A stretch of DNA of 64,000 bases. It comes from Setoptus koraiensis (Eukaryota; Animalia; Arthropoda). Within the stretch, counting starts at the first letter, position 1, and the number at the start of each line of letters is the position of its first letter. A program made the position numbers and the translations under genes. Shown one piece after another: positions 1 to 13,142 of this stretch. The stretch is from contig CM106586.1 in the NCBI GenBank assembly GCA_048013815.1, positions 7,068,001 to 7,132,000 of the forward strand. The letters are read 5' to 3'. The notes beneath the pieces were generated by a model that was given only the letters and a program-made list of their open reading frames with translations, did not search any database and was not told where the DNA came from.

Positions 1-67
1 GCAACAAACTGATCCGATAATTCTTGAAATGATGGTAAACTATGTAAGAGCACAAATTGATCATCTC
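1..67 (+). pseudogene. Duplicated 3' fragment of UQCC1 (cut by window edge)
   Basis: 1-67 matches 4755-4821 of the UQCC1 gene with 3 substitutions (2 synonymous). Similarity stops abruptly after ...gatcatctc. Confidence 0.8.
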
Positions 68-109
68 GCCCCTTCAACCCAACGAGTGGGTATTTATTCA
101 AACATCATC

Positions 110-310
110 TTACAGCTTCGCTCGAGCCCTGGCCTCCGATTCTATGTTCTTCCTTATCTCTTTTTCGACTTCTTTTTGCAACAGAGTTCCTTGTTTCGAT
201 TTCTTCGGGCGGTTTTTCTTGCTCACTTTGTTTTTTGCCAACCTGTGGGTGGACTTGGTCTTGATGTGGTCAGGAATCTTCACCTTGGTCTTTGTTTTTC
301 CTTGAGGCAT
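110..310 (-). CDS. UPF0390 / C19orf53 (Leydig cell tumor 10 kDa)-like small basic protein, 66 aa
   Basis: Starts MPQGK, Lys-rich middle, and C-terminal 'KEVEKEIRKNIESEARARA' resembling the family's 'K.I...IE....KA' motif. Confidence 0.7.
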   Translation of the reverse strand: MPQGKTKTKVKIPDHIKTKSTHRLAKNKVSKKNRPKKSKQGTLLQKEVEKEIRKNIESEARARAKL

Positions 311-704
311 GACTGAACAATTAAATTATCTGGTGAATTTCAATATAGATTATTACTAAACAAATGGTGAACCTCCAAGAACGCTTTTCATTTCTGGGAC
401 TAATCCAACCTGAACGCCGTGCAAAACATGTGGTTTAAAACGACAAACTATGCGCCAGATTCGAAAAAGATTCTCGTCCCTCTTGTGGTGCAAAAAGTAA
501 CTAATGACAGGCCTTTGAAAATCGCGCCTCAACTCAGATCGTGTTCATGCTCGGCAATTTTTGGGATCCAAATAAAGAATTTCCTCTCTAACCAATTGAT
601 TGACACAGCAATTTTGTCAGAAAAGTCTCATAGATTAACATAAAGCTAATAATTTATTCCGACATAAACTACTTTATTGAACTCATCTAACATAACCCAT
701 CATA

Positions 705-2089
705 ATGGAAAACCTAAATATTGTTCTAATTGGTCACGTTGATGCTGGTAAATCAACAACTGGCGGACAAATATTATTATCTACTGAGCAGCTAGACAAG
801 AGAACAGCTGACAAATATCGACAAGAAGCCATTGAGAAAAACAGGGAATCATGGTGGCTTTCTTGGGCCCTAGACACTAATGCCGAGGAAAGAGATAAAG
901 GCAAAACTATAGAGGTGGGCCATGCTCGTTTCAAAACCAAATCTAAACAATTTACGCTACTTGATGCCCCTGGTCACAAAGGGTTTGTGCCAAACATGAT
1001 CTGTGGTGCATGTCAGGCCGATATTGCAGTTCTAGTTATATCAGCAAGAAAAGGTGAATTTGAGACCGGTTTCGAGAGGGGAGGTCAAACTAGAGAGCAC
1101 GCCATGTTAGCTAAAACAGCCGGAGTTCGTTATCTAGCAGTATTAATTAACAAGATGGACGACCCCACAGTTGAATGGTCCGAGGAGCGATTCAATGAAT
1201 GTAGAGATAAGATATTACCTTTTCTTAGCAAAACATGTAACTTCAAAAAAAGTGAGCTATCATTTATACCTGCCTCTAGCCTCACAGGCGCGTGCATAAA
1301 GGACACAACGCCCGATTTATGTCCATGGTATAAGTAAGTAACTGACGAGTTATGATAGACCCAAGATTGTTTGTGTTTCGAAATTCAATTATATTAATCT
1401 CAATCTTTATTATCCAATGTTCCTACAGAGGACCAAGTCTTCTAGATTATCTAGAGAATCTACCACCAATAAATATTGTAGACAAGGATTCAGTTTTCAT
1501 AATGCCAATAACTGGAAAATACAAAGAAATGGGAACCATAGTGACCGGCAAGATTGAATCAGGTCAGGTCACAGTTGGCAGTAGTTTGCTACTAATGCCT
1601 AACAGCGTTAAAGTGGAAGTGACATCCTTGGTATCAGAAGAGGAGGAAGTGGACAAACTGCAATGTGGTGAGAATGGACGTGTCAAACTGAAAGGCGTCG
1701 AAGAGGATGACATTTATACTGGTATGGTGCTATGTGAGATCAGTCATCCATGCCAGGAGGCACGAATATTCGATGCACAAATTTACATATTAGAACACAA
1801 GTCCATTATTTGCTCTGGTTATTCTGCAGTGCTCCACGTACACGCGGCCACGGAAGAAGTCAAGATGACAAAGATCTGGTACCTCATTGACAAGAAATCT
1901 GGTGAGAAAGACAAGAAGAACATCAGGTTTATTAAGCAAGACCAGCTGGCTTGCGTAAGGCTCGAATGTATGGGAAGAAGTGTTTGTGTGGAAACTTTTG
2001 AAAAATACAATGGGAAGCTTGGTCGCTTCACTCTAAGAGACGAAGGTAAAACTGTAGCTATGGGTAAAGTCTTACGCATTGCAGAATAA
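705..2089 (+). CDS. GSPT1: Eukaryotic peptide chain release factor GTP-binding subunit eRF3; exons 705-1333 and 1429-2089
   Basis: GHVDAGKST P-loop, 'RESWWLSWALDTN.EER.KGKT', LDAPGHKGFVPNMI, NKMD, and C-terminal GRFTLRDEGKT. The GTAAGT...CTACAG intron restores the frame (WYK|GPSL). Confidence 0.95.
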
Positions 2090-2243
2090 TAAGTTTAATA
2101 CAAATTAAAATCACAAATCCACTATTTCCAATCAGCGTGATGTTGAGTAGAAATTGCACTATTTACATCAAATAGTTTTATATTAAAAGTTTAGTACATA
2201 TCTTAATATTTTCAAATTTATCCAAGTTTTTCTCAGATTCTTT

Positions 2244-3614
<1,371 letters not shown>

Positions 3615-4149
3615 CTAATGGAATTGAAGTAAATATTAATTCTAAAATAAATAGTGTTGCGTATTAGTATTCGCACATAATTTGGATTGTGACGATGAAG
3701 TAGCTCATGTGATGTTTCTGATAATTATACATTGTATAGAATGAAAACGGGAAATGCAAGATAATAACTCCAGTTTCACAACGCTATTATTAGTGATGTT
3801 TATCGCGACTTATAAAGTGCTTTATCTTATAATAAAACTCAGACCTTGAAAGTATATCACAACAATGAAAAGAGCCGCGAGGGCGGCGCTGCACTACTTT
3901 TTGCCTTCAACAATGAATGAGCATTGCCCCTGGTGGACCTTTCTCAAAACATCTATGCACATCGAAAGAGTCTCACGCAGTGTTTTCGTGCAAAATATGC
4001 GCTGTGGAAGGCAGCGTAGCGTTATCTGTAGAAAATACGTCGCTTGCTCCCGACACCGTATATGGGTATGTTTACCCATGTGCTATCGCAATAATGAAAT
4101 GTCATCCACAAGTTACATAGTCGACGAGCACTTATTACACTCATCATAA

Positions 4150-4902
4150 ATGGCATCCATGATAGCTAGGCTACCCAATCTTCTCAGGCGACCCTTATTT
4201 GCGACATCCCTGGCGCCGGGCCCGGTCACACTAAATATCAATTGGTATGATGTTAGACATGAATCGTCAAAGCCTGTCATTGACACTAACCAGTCACAAT
4301 TCAAGGAAGCATATAGTAGCTCCGTAGTGAAAAAGATGCAATACTGGATGGGTCTGTCTGAAGTTAACATTTTCAAAATAAGACAATCCAGTATATTCTT
4401 GTATGAAGGATGCACCGACAAATTCCCTTTTGAGAAATTCTTTCAGGAGTGCCAACTGGAGGATACTTTCTTCTCATTTTTCTTACTCTTGGAGCTACAC
4501 ATTTGGATGTGCTTTGTTCGCTCAATGCGATCTGGCGCCGAGGGTAGAACGCTGCGAAACGAACTCACTCAAAGACTCTGGGTAGACATAGATAGCCGGT
4601 TGAAGCTAGTCGAAATACACAGGTCGAAAAAACGCAAAGAAATTATGGAGGATCTCCTCTATCATCTACAAGCTGCCATGTTCTCATATGACGAGGGACT
4701 TTTGACCGACGACAAGGTACTTGCCGGCGCCTTGTGGAGAACTTTGTTTCAAAAGCAACAAACTGATCCGATAATCCTTGAAATGATGGTAAACTATGTG
4801 AGAACACAAATTGATCATCTCAAAACAATAGGTCCTAGAGAATGGTGTATCGAGGGTAAATTGACGTGGCAGAGGTTCCCACCTCTCATAGATGTACAGT
4901 GA
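4150..4902 (+). CDS. UQCC1: Ubiquinol-cytochrome c reductase complex assembly factor 1 (Cbp3 family)
   Basis: 'EDTFFSFFLLLELHIWM', 'YDEGL..DDKVLAGALWRTLF' Cbp3 motifs and an N-terminal mitochondrial presequence-like segment. Confidence 0.92.
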   Translation: MASMIARLPNLLRRPLFATSLAPGPVTLNINWYDVRHESSKPVIDTNQSQFKEAYSSSVVKKMQYWMGLSEVNIFKIRQSSIFLYEGCTDKFPFEKFFQECQLEDTFFSFFLLLELHIWMCFVRSMRSGAEGRTLRNELTQRLWVDIDSRLKLVEIHRSKKRKEIMEDLLYHLQAAMFSYDEGLLTDDKVLAGALWRTLFQKQQTDPIILEMMVNYVRTQIDHLKTIGPREWCIEGKLTWQRFPPLIDVQ

Positions 4903-5160
4903 GACCCCTGTCTCTGAGATGCAAAGAATTTTCTTCTGAGCATGCACATGTCTTTCTGAACGGTAAATAAATTGCAATTTAAATAGAACCACCACTGCGT
5001 TGGTCCAACGCAATAGATTTGAAAATATGCGCCTTTTCCTTACGAGAAAATTTTTCGCAATATACAGAGGATCTCACCTTGTTTGTTTTCATTATTAACG
5101 TCATCCTGATCTTTGAAATTTCAACCCAGTTTGAGAGAGAACTGTTACAATAGTGCGTCT

Positions 5161-6057
5161 ATGATGGCCAAAGACTCAAATGTAGCTACTCTGAAAGAAT
5201 CTTTGGATATCATTGTAAAAAATTTAGACAGTCCTAAAGCTAAAAATAATGACACTAAAGCAGCCGTCAGTAAAATATATGCCATTCTGGCTGAATCCAA
5301 CATTGAAGTTGAGAGACTTTACTTGACCTACCAAATATGCAATCGTTGCGCTGATAATAAAAAAATCAAAGTTGACAAACTTATTAAAAGTCTCCTACCA
5401 CCGCCGCTCACACCAGCTGGATGTACTTTGATATCTCAATTAATTGGTCTTTCTTTATGCTATCCGATTTACTACAGCAACATATTAGACACATTGAGCC
5501 CTTATTTAGACAGCTCCGAGACAATAACAATAGATACTGAAAGTTGGGACCAATCTACAAACTTGGCCAAAGAATCGCCCATATTCTGTTCTGCAATTAT
5601 AAGTAGGTCTGGAATGAATCTCAGTAAAAAACTACTGGCACGATGGCTTCAAGATTTAGCCTTATATCCTGAAGATAACAATTTTTCCAGTCAACACTAT
5701 CCAAATTTAAATCAAGTTATACGCTACTCACTGTTCCATTCTAAAACCGTAGACCGCCAAGCTCAACTTGAAAATTCAGACCTTCATCTCGCCATTCTGA
5801 CAACCATCCAATACAAGAAATGCCAATCACTGTCTAATCAGTTTTTAATAGATGTGGCTACTACTTTGGTAAATAAACAACCGGATAAACAAGACACAGA
5901 CAATCCTATATCGTCGGTAGACAGATTTGCTCAAATTATATCCACCGCATCTGCTAGTAAAGTAACGAATGTTACAAATGCGTTGAGAAACTCGTTGACA
6001 AAATTGAATTCAAATCCACTGATAAACAACATAATCCAGGCATCTAATAAATCTTAA
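5161..6057 (+). CDS. Divergent Integrator subunit 15 (C7orf26)-like protein
   Basis: First ATG at 5161. 'FCSAII', 'LHLAIL', 'VDRFAQIISTA' and terminal 'N.LI..II' recall C7orf26/INTS15 motifs; recognition is from memory only. Confidence 0.5.
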   Translation: MMAKDSNVATLKESLDIIVKNLDSPKAKNNDTKAAVSKIYAILAESNIEVERLYLTYQICNRCADNKKIKVDKLIKSLLPPPLTPAGCTLISQLIGLSLCYPIYYSNILDTLSPYLDSSETITIDTESWDQSTNLAKESPIFCSAIISRSGMNLSKKLLARWLQDLALYPEDNNFSSQHYPNLNQVIRYSLFHSKTVDRQAQLENSDLHLAILTTIQYKKCQSLSNQFLIDVATTLVNKQPDKQDTDNPISSVDRFAQIISTASASKVTNVTNALRNSLTKLNSNPLINNIIQASNKS

Positions 6058-6540
6058 ACTGATGATTATAATTTGCAGACTTTTTACATGAGAATCCCAT
6101 CGATTACCTTGGACGAAATTTTTTGATAGTCCTTGTCAATTTCTTAGCTGTTGTTGAATTGAAAAACTCGACAGGGATTCATGTCAGTACACCACATTCA
6201 TTCAGAGCATGAGAATGCATTTGATTCGTCGCACTAGGTGCAAAGCACTTATATAGAATGTAAGATTCGCGTACAAAGCGCGCTAAAGAGAAGAGTGAGA
6301 CCGAGTAGTAATCTGAGGTAGATGATCTATCTGCTTTAAGACTTGGGAGGGTAACAGGGCTTTGGATGAGACGATCAAGGACAGGAGATCAATCAGCACA
6401 ATACTTAAACTACTCATACTACTATTCAAAACCCTTCGAATGGTTCATGCCGTGATCACCAATTTAATTAAGACGATTTATTTATATTCCTAAAGTGTAA
6501 AAATTTGCTTGGATAAAACTCCAAGCCTAATTAAATAGCC

Positions 6541-7074
6541 ATGAATGCAGATCTAGAGGCAGTAATTGCAGACGCAAATAGGCGTATGAAAAGATTTGAG
6601 GATAAGAGTGCTCATAAATTAGACATGTTCGACCGTGAAGTAGATAGACGCCACCACATTCTAGGTCATAAGTATCAATCAATCAATGAGGATGTCAAGC
6701 CGGTCAGTTGGCCTTTATGGGGAGTAATTCTAGAAACTGGGTCTGGTCGCATCTATAAGGAACATGTTCCCTTTGAGATGGTAGCTAAGTGTCCAAGACG
6801 TTGCAATTGCACATCCTCGTTATCCTCTCATAGGCCAATAGAGAGTGGAACTTCGATACCGTCAGTAGAAGCCAAAGCCATTATAGAGGGTCGACGTTGG
6901 GGCGTCGATAAGTATTTGTATGACGAGGAATATGTTAGCAATGCTCCCTATGGCATAATCATGAAAAAACCTCCACCACCCAAACCCATCGATTTCTCAG
7001 AGCAATATAAGCCGAATACAAAACTGGTATCATCCTATTGGCGTCGTAAATATAAGATACCAGATGATATGTGA
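6541..7074 (+). CDS. Hypothetical protein, 177 aa
   Basis: Clean ATG-to-stop ORF. A diverged copy at about 12503-12757 retains protein-level similarity. Confidence 0.7.
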   Translation: MNADLEAVIADANRRMKRFEDKSAHKLDMFDREVDRRHHILGHKYQSINEDVKPVSWPLWGVILETGSGRIYKEHVPFEMVAKCPRRCNCTSSLSSHRPIESGTSIPSVEAKAIIEGRRWGVDKYLYDEEYVSNAPYGIIMKKPPPPKPIDFSEQYKPNTKLVSSYWRRKYKIPDDM

Positions 7075-7395
7075 GTAAAATCTTGACAGGCTGACATCCA
7101 GTCTAAATAAATTATTATAAAACTGAACTGAGTATCTACATATATATCTTCTCGCGAGATGTGAGTGATTGTAAGCCAGAGAAGATAATCGCTCAAGAGT
7201 AAGGTGTTTTGCCAATTCATATATGTACATTTATCTATTTGAATTTGTGTGTTTCAATCAAGTCGAGTTTGTTAAGAGATCTTTATCCGAATAAACTGAT
7301 CTTAATGTGTCATTACTGTAGTTATTGATGCTGGTGGTAAACTTTCATTGAATACTAAAGTAGAATACATACAAGCGCTAAGCTCGATCCTTTTA

Positions 7396-8685
7396 TTAAC
7401 GTCCTTCAATGTAACTTGAAATGTCGATCTCGTCTGGCAGACTCGGAATTTCTACATCGAATCTATCTTGAACGTCATTAAGAATTTTGGCGTCGGCATC
7501 ATCGCTTACAAAAGTTATGGATAACCCTTTTGTACCAAATCTACCGGCACGAGCGACACGATGTAGGTAGGTGTCACTATCTTCGGGCATGTCATAGTTG
7601 AATACAATGTTTACTCGCTCAATGTCCATACCTCTTCCGAAGAGGTTGGTGGCTACCAATATGCGTTGTTGACAATCCTTAAATTGTTGGTACTTAGTGA
7701 GACGTTCCTCTTGTTCCATGGCGCGGTGTATAGCTATGGCTGGAAAATTTTGTTCTTTAAGCAGTTGGCTCAGCGCGACACAACGTTGGATGCTCTTGAC
7801 AAAAATGACCACCTGATTGAATTCTAAGCTATCAAGAAGCTCAAAAAGCTTTCTGTTCTTCTCTGTATCCTTCAGGCGGACATAGTACTGTTGCAATCCA
7901 TGTAAAGTTAGTTTCTTTTCGTCATCAACATAGACCTCAAGTGGGTCTTGCATGAATTTTTTACAGACAGGTCTTATCTCCTTTGATAGGGTGGCGCTGA
8001 ACATCATGACTTGTTTCTCGTGTGGAGTGGCCTTAAAGATCTCCTGTACATCTTTTCTCATATCTAATTGCTCAAGCATTTTGTCACATTCGTCTAGGAC
8101 GAAGTGCTTGAGGCCCCTTAAGTTGAGTTTTCTGCTCTTTACTAGAGCTAAAATTCTTCCTGGTGTACCGACGACAATGTGTGGTGTACGTTGTTTTAAG
8201 GTTTTTTCGTCGTTTGCAATTGTCATTCCACCGAAGAATACGCTTACACGTACTAGTGGCATGTATTTTGAGAATCGTTCGTATTCTTTGCTAATCTGAA
8301 ATGCCAGCTCTCTAGTGTGGCACATAACTAACACTAGTGTTTGGTCTAAGTCTGAATTGATTAAATGTAGCGTGGCCAACACAAAAACGGCGGTTTTACC
8401 CATACCCGATTTAGCTTGGCATAGAATGTCCATACCAACTATTGCCTGGGTGATACACTCGTGCTGAACCTCACTAGGGTGCTCGAAACCGCAATCGGTG
8501 ATGGCACGTAGCAATTCTGGCTTAAGTAGAAAGTCTCTAAAACCGCTAGAATGTATAGATACATAACCGCCTTTCTTGCCGCCCGTCTCTTGGGTTTCAG
8601 CTACATCTTGATCCCCGGCTTGTACTTGAGGTTGCTCATCGTCTTCGTAGTCTAATAATTCCTCGTTGACAGGAGGTTCACCCAT
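7396..8685 (-). CDS. DDX39B: DECD-box RNA helicase UAP56/DDX39 (intronless)
   Basis: 'ELLDYEDD', '[20 protein letters not shown]', [25 protein letters not shown]. Confidence 0.97.
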   Translation of the reverse strand: MGEPPVNEELLDYEDDEQPQVQAGDQDVAETQETGGKKGGYVSIHSSGFRDFLLKPELLRAITDCGFEHPSEVQHECITQAIVGMDILCQAKSGMGKTAVFVLATLHLINSDLDQTLVLVMCHTRELAFQISKEYERFSKYMPLVRVSVFFGGMTIANDEKTLKQRTPHIVVGTPGRILALVKSRKLNLRGLKHFVLDECDKMLEQLDMRKDVQEIFKATPHEKQVMMFSATLSKEIRPVCKKFMQDPLEVYVDDEKKLTLHGLQQYYVRLKDTEKNRKLFELLDSLEFNQVVIFVKSIQRCVALSQLLKEQNFPAIAIHRAMEQEERLTKYQQFKDCQQRILVATNLFGRGMDIERVNIVFNYDMPEDSDTYLHRVARAGRFGTKGLSITFVSDDADAKILNDVQDRFDVEIPSLPDEIDISSYIEGR

Positions 8686-9103
8686 CTTAAATATTCGGAG
8701 TTGTTATTTATTTATTAATTTGCAATATTGACAAAATTAATCTATTGTGATGGATATTGTTTCAAATCAATTTCAAAGTGAGGGCCGTTGTAGAGTGTGT
8801 GCAATAAATATTGCTGTGCCCAACTGCTTTTGAGCGCAGTTCTTCCGGTAAATGGTCAATTCGCGCATGTATCTCCAATAGCGCCATTTTTAAACAAAAA
8901 CAAAAATTGGATCAACATGCTCGAATGGAACATACCAAATTAACTCATGTCACGTGGTGAGACTAGCAAAAGTAAATAATATGGTAATCCAGGAGCATCA
9001 ACAATGAAAATGCCTCACAGCCCATCCAAGATACTAGTCACAGGTGTGCCATAAGAAGGCCGATAAACATTTGCCTATCGTCGATTTATTCTCTGACTGC
9101 AAA

Positions 9104-10651
9104 ATGAAACGAGTTTTCCATTCTTTCAAGAAGCCTCTGGGTGGTGGCATATTTAGATTAGAGGAAGGCGCTAGGAAGAGCCCGGGATCAATGTATGAAG
9201 GATCGAAATATTCTCACAAGTATCCGAGGCTAGCGGAATATCCCTTCAATGATGATACATTCTGTGTCAGGGGTGTAGATGATCAAGACACGGTATACGC
9301 AGATTTTCCCAGACAAACTGACTTCTTAATAATAGGAGGAGGCTTGGTCGGTTCTGCTCTCTCCTACTACCTCAAATCGACTATAACGCGTGGTATTTCG
9401 GTCACTGTGATAGACGCTCACCCAGACTCGACGAGAACTTCATCCTTTCAAGCGTCTAACTCTATCAGGCTTCAGAATCTCAACTATAGAAGCACTAGAT
9501 TGAGTGCATTAACTATGGCCCTTATCCGCGACTTACAAAATGAAATCCTTGTAACGGACGAAGAATATAGAAATCTTAATCTTCGACCCTGCAGTCATTT
9601 GGTACTCTGGCCCGAGAGTCAGATCGAGAACGCTCTGAAGGCCTTTGATATGCAGCTAGATAACGGGTGTCACGTGGACCTACTACATGGATTGGAGCTA
9701 AATTCTTTATTTCCCTTCATAAATTACAATAATGATTTTGCTCTAGCGACGATAGGTCAGCAAGGAGAGGGTCTAGTCGATCCAGTGCCTCTGAGGAATC
9801 TTTATAGAACTCTAGGTTCGGCTTACGGGTGTGACTATTTTGTTGGAGAAGTATTGGATTTCAATGTTCGCGACTACATAGAAACGCAAAATAATTTCTT
9901 GAGTTGTAATGCTGCTATAGTACGCCTGCCATCTGGAGAACTACGCCATCTTGGCTTTGGAACTGTTATATTCGCGAACGGTTATAACATAGGCCAGCTG
10001 GACTATAGGACTTCGATGGATGAAAAAGTGAGAGAAAGTTTCGGGGATTTGACCTGTATAAAACCTAGAGTGAAATTAAACTACTTGTTCAATAGCCAAG
10101 ATGCTCCTCTACTAAGAATGCCTGTGATAGTTGATGTTGACGGCACTACCATCATGAGAAGAGGTTTGGGAGGCAATTTTCACTGTATCTTGGGACCCAA
10201 CGATCACACGATTCTAGATTCATGTGTTACTCCAGAGGCAGACTTAGATTTGAAAGGAGCTGCGAGATTTGTAGAAGATGACGAGCGCATCGATCTGGAG
10301 AAAACTTTTAAATCAAAAACATCTGACGAGTATTTTAACAGCCAAGTTAAACCCGCCCTCGTGAGGAGGATGACAACTTTCAAGGATGCTAAGCTGGTCA
10401 ACTCATGGATAAGCATTGATGACTACAATTCTTATGACGGATGTCCATTTTTCGGTTACCACCCGTATTTCCCAAACATCATGTTAGCTTGTGGACTGGC
10501 CGACAAAAACGCCCAGTTCGCGCCAGCTATAGGGCGCATTCTGGCAGACCAAGCCCTTGATTTTGAAAATTTAGGCGAGCACGATTCAGAAGGAAAGTAC
10601 AGGTGGAATAGAATGGCTTTGAATGAAAAAATACACGAATTAGATTATTAG
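9104..10651 (+). CDS. FOXRED1: FAD-dependent oxidoreductase FOXRED1-like (complex I assembly factor), divergent
   Basis: IIGGGLVG dinucleotide-binding motif; C-terminal 'DYNSYD...GYHP..PN...ACG......QFAPAIGR'. ATG at 9104. Confidence 0.75.
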   Translation: MKRVFHSFKKPLGGGIFRLEEGARKSPGSMYEGSKYSHKYPRLAEYPFNDDTFCVRGVDDQDTVYADFPRQTDFLIIGGGLVGSALSYYLKSTITRGISVTVIDAHPDSTRTSSFQASNSIRLQNLNYRSTRLSALTMALIRDLQNEILVTDEEYRNLNLRPCSHLVLWPESQIENALKAFDMQLDNGCHVDLLHGLELNSLFPFINYNNDFALATIGQQGEGLVDPVPLRNLYRTLGSAYGCDYFVGEVLDFNVRDYIETQNNFLSCNAAIVRLPSGELRHLGFGTVIFANGYNIGQLDYRTSMDEKVRESFGDLTCIKPRVKLNYLFNSQDAPLLRMPVIVDVDGTTIMRRGLGGNFHCILGPNDHTILDSCVTPEADLDLKGAARFVEDDERIDLEKTFKSKTSDEYFNSQVKPALVRRMTTFKDAKLVNSWISIDDYNSYDGCPFFGYHPYFPNIMLACGLADKNAQFAPAIGRILADQALDFENLGEHDSEGKYRWNRMALNEKIHELDY

Positions 10652-10720
10652 ATTTAGATTACTGTAGAATATATTTATATTGTTTAACAAATATTGTTTG
10701 ACCTATTAATACTGAATTTG

Positions 10721-11434
10721 CTAATTACTAATCCGACTGTGCCTCTCGTCCTCAGTTTGTTCGAGCTTCCAAGCTGGTAGATAGTAATCTCTTCCGTTCT
10801 GATCCTTCACTAGAAGACTCAGGTTTTTACTCGTATCTTTTGAAGTTCCTAAAGATGAGTAGCCTTCTCGATATAGGTTACAATAAGGTAATTCAAGTCC
10901 AAGAAGAAACTCCCACACTTGATGATAGGTCCATTTCAGGATGGGGTTGATTCTTACCATATCGGGCCATCCGACATCGGTTTTCTGGAATGCGCCAAGT
11001 GTCTGTGATGGTTTAAGGTCGACAGATCTTGTGCCAATAAAAACGGCTTTAATGTTCGGAAAGTCTTTTTTGAAACTAAACAAGGCTTCTTTGATTGATG
11101 AACAATTATATCTGGCAATTTGTAGATTATATCTGACAATACATTCGTCGATGAATCTGCGTTCCTCATCAAACCGGTTTGGCAACTCAACATAGAAAAT
11201 TTTCAGCTTGAAACTTTCTTTAGAATCATTTGTCTTATCAGAGGAATTCAATAATTTTATTGCTACACAATGGACTAGATGGAGGAGAGCGGTGCAGTCC
11301 TTTCCACCATTGAAGCTAAGACACACTTCGTTTACACCGTATTGGTTGAGCGCCTTCTCAATTGTCGCTAGACTCTCACCGACGTAGCTATTGGATGAGG
11401 CAAACTTGGCAAGAGTATCTAGCATGTCATTCAT
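10721..11434 (-). CDS. FLAD1: FAD synthase (PAPS-reductase-type catalytic domain only)
   Basis: SFNGGKDCT, IGTR..D, 'TD.GWP.MVRINPIL.W', 'YC.LY..GYSSLG', ER.SR. Confidence 0.92.
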   Translation of the reverse strand: MNDMLDTLAKFASSNSYVGESLATIEKALNQYGVNEVCLSFNGGKDCTALLHLVHCVAIKLLNSSDKTNDSKESFKLKIFYVELPNRFDEERRFIDECIVRYNLQIARYNCSSIKEALFSFKKDFPNIKAVFIGTRSVDLKPSQTLGAFQKTDVGWPDMVRINPILKWTYHQVWEFLLGLELPYCNLYREGYSSLGTSKDTSKNLSLLVKDQNGRDYYLPAWKLEQTEDERHSRISN

Positions 11435-12502
11435 GATGGCTAAGATTTGCTATTAGGGGTCTGTTTAGAGGTTCTGTTGGGAATATTCATAAGAGAGTTT
11501 ATACCATTAGAGCAGTAGACATTAAGAGATAATTGTATCATCAATGATTATCGTTTCAGAGACACATAATAATCATAGTACATCATAGAGATTCCCACTG
11601 TGTCGATAAATATGTTATCATCATTAAACGATGTTCACATAATTCAATAAAAACATCGGTCATTGTCCACTTACCTCTGTTGCATATCTATTGCGATTCC
11701 GTGGAAAACAAAACTGCTGTTTTGTCAATATTTAGAAATGAAACAGACAAGATGAATTGGGTGTGAGTAGATGTACTGATGATGGCAGAGATAAGATACA
11801 CTATAAAACGGAACAGTCAGATAGGGGCGAATATACTATATCATAAAAGACGTATTTCATATGAACTATTGATATCATCATTTCTATTCGTTTGAATATG
11901 CATTAGGTAGAAGATTGGATGGGTCCGAGATTGAATGAGAGATACTCACCATGATAATATAATGCTAACCACACTCTCGACATCCATTATAATTTAGTTT
12001 AGAATGGGCCTAAGTTTAAACTAGGAGACGACGGCTCTGACCTGCGGAAATGAATAAGAATTTAGAAGAGAATGGCATGGTTAAGTTTGTGTAATTTTCC
12101 AACTCCGACAATTGTTGCTAGTCTGGAATTATTGATCAGAACATTGTATTGGTGGTACAAGGGTCATCGTCATCTAGCCTCTACAAGACTATAAAGAGTA
12201 GCAAATAGTTTGTTCATCATAATAAAATGTTGCAACGATGGGATAGAAATAAATGATGGATAAACGGTTATTACTTACGTTGAAGGGGCCTCCATGGTGA
12301 TGGGGTGTCCAACTTTTGTGAGGAATCACATTAATTGTCTGTGAGACACGTGGTTTTATAGCTAATTTGAGCCGGAATGCGCATGCTTTGGATTTCTTTT
12401 CTCTATGCTGCGCGCAAGTTTTGAATAGAAATTGCATCCGAAAATCATCGTCGTCGGATGATTCAATGATTGTATAAAAGTGTCGATACATTGCTAATAG
12501 TC

Positions 12503-12757
12503 TTCTATGGAACATGTTGCTTTTGAGATGAGTCTCCAAGACGTTGCCATCGCAATTTCTCGTTAGCCGCTCATTGGCCAAAAGAGAGTGGAACTTCGAT
12601 ACCATCAGTAGAAGCCAAAGCCATTAAAGAGGGACGTCGTTGGGGCGCCGATAAGTATTTGTATGACGAGGAATATATTAGAAATGTTCCATATAGCATT
12701 ATCATGAAAGAACCACCACTACCCGGACCCTTCGATTTCTCAGGGCATAAAATGTGA
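12503..12757 (+). pseudogene. Degenerate partial copy of the 6541-7074 orphan gene
   Basis: Reads 'ESGTSIPSVEAKAIKEGRRWGADKYLYDEEY...PY.IIMK.PP'. Frameshifting deletion near 12530 (12 nt reduced to 5 nt), internal C-terminal deletion, no N-terminal part. Confidence 0.85.
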
Positions 12758-13142
12758 GTCAATAAGCTGACATGGGTCTGCACGAAACCTTCGTCCGAAA
12801 CGTAGGAGCCCATTAATAGCTGAGCCAGAGTGGATTTGCTACAACCGGAAGCGACCACCCGAGCAACCGTCCGATCCGCCCTGATGAGACACCGCGTGAG
12901 ATACCTGAAAATATGTTTTGAAATGTCACCTGGCCCTTCTGTGATGAGACTGATAAACTTATGTTGTTGTTGTTGTTGCTGAGCGAATTAGAAAATGAAA
13001 CCGATTGATTGAATGCTTGCGACCTACTAACTTTGTCGACATAGCGAGCAAAAATCTAGGCGCTTTTTTCTGTGCAGGCGATGACAGGAAACAGCGTTAT
13101 TTCACACATCGTTACTCATAATTGGCAGAGAAAGTAAGTTTA

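Noticed and set aside
9104-11434. FOXRED1 and FAD synthase adjacent as a functional flavin cluster
   Set aside because: Convergent orientation; adjacency is plausible by chance in a gene-dense genome.
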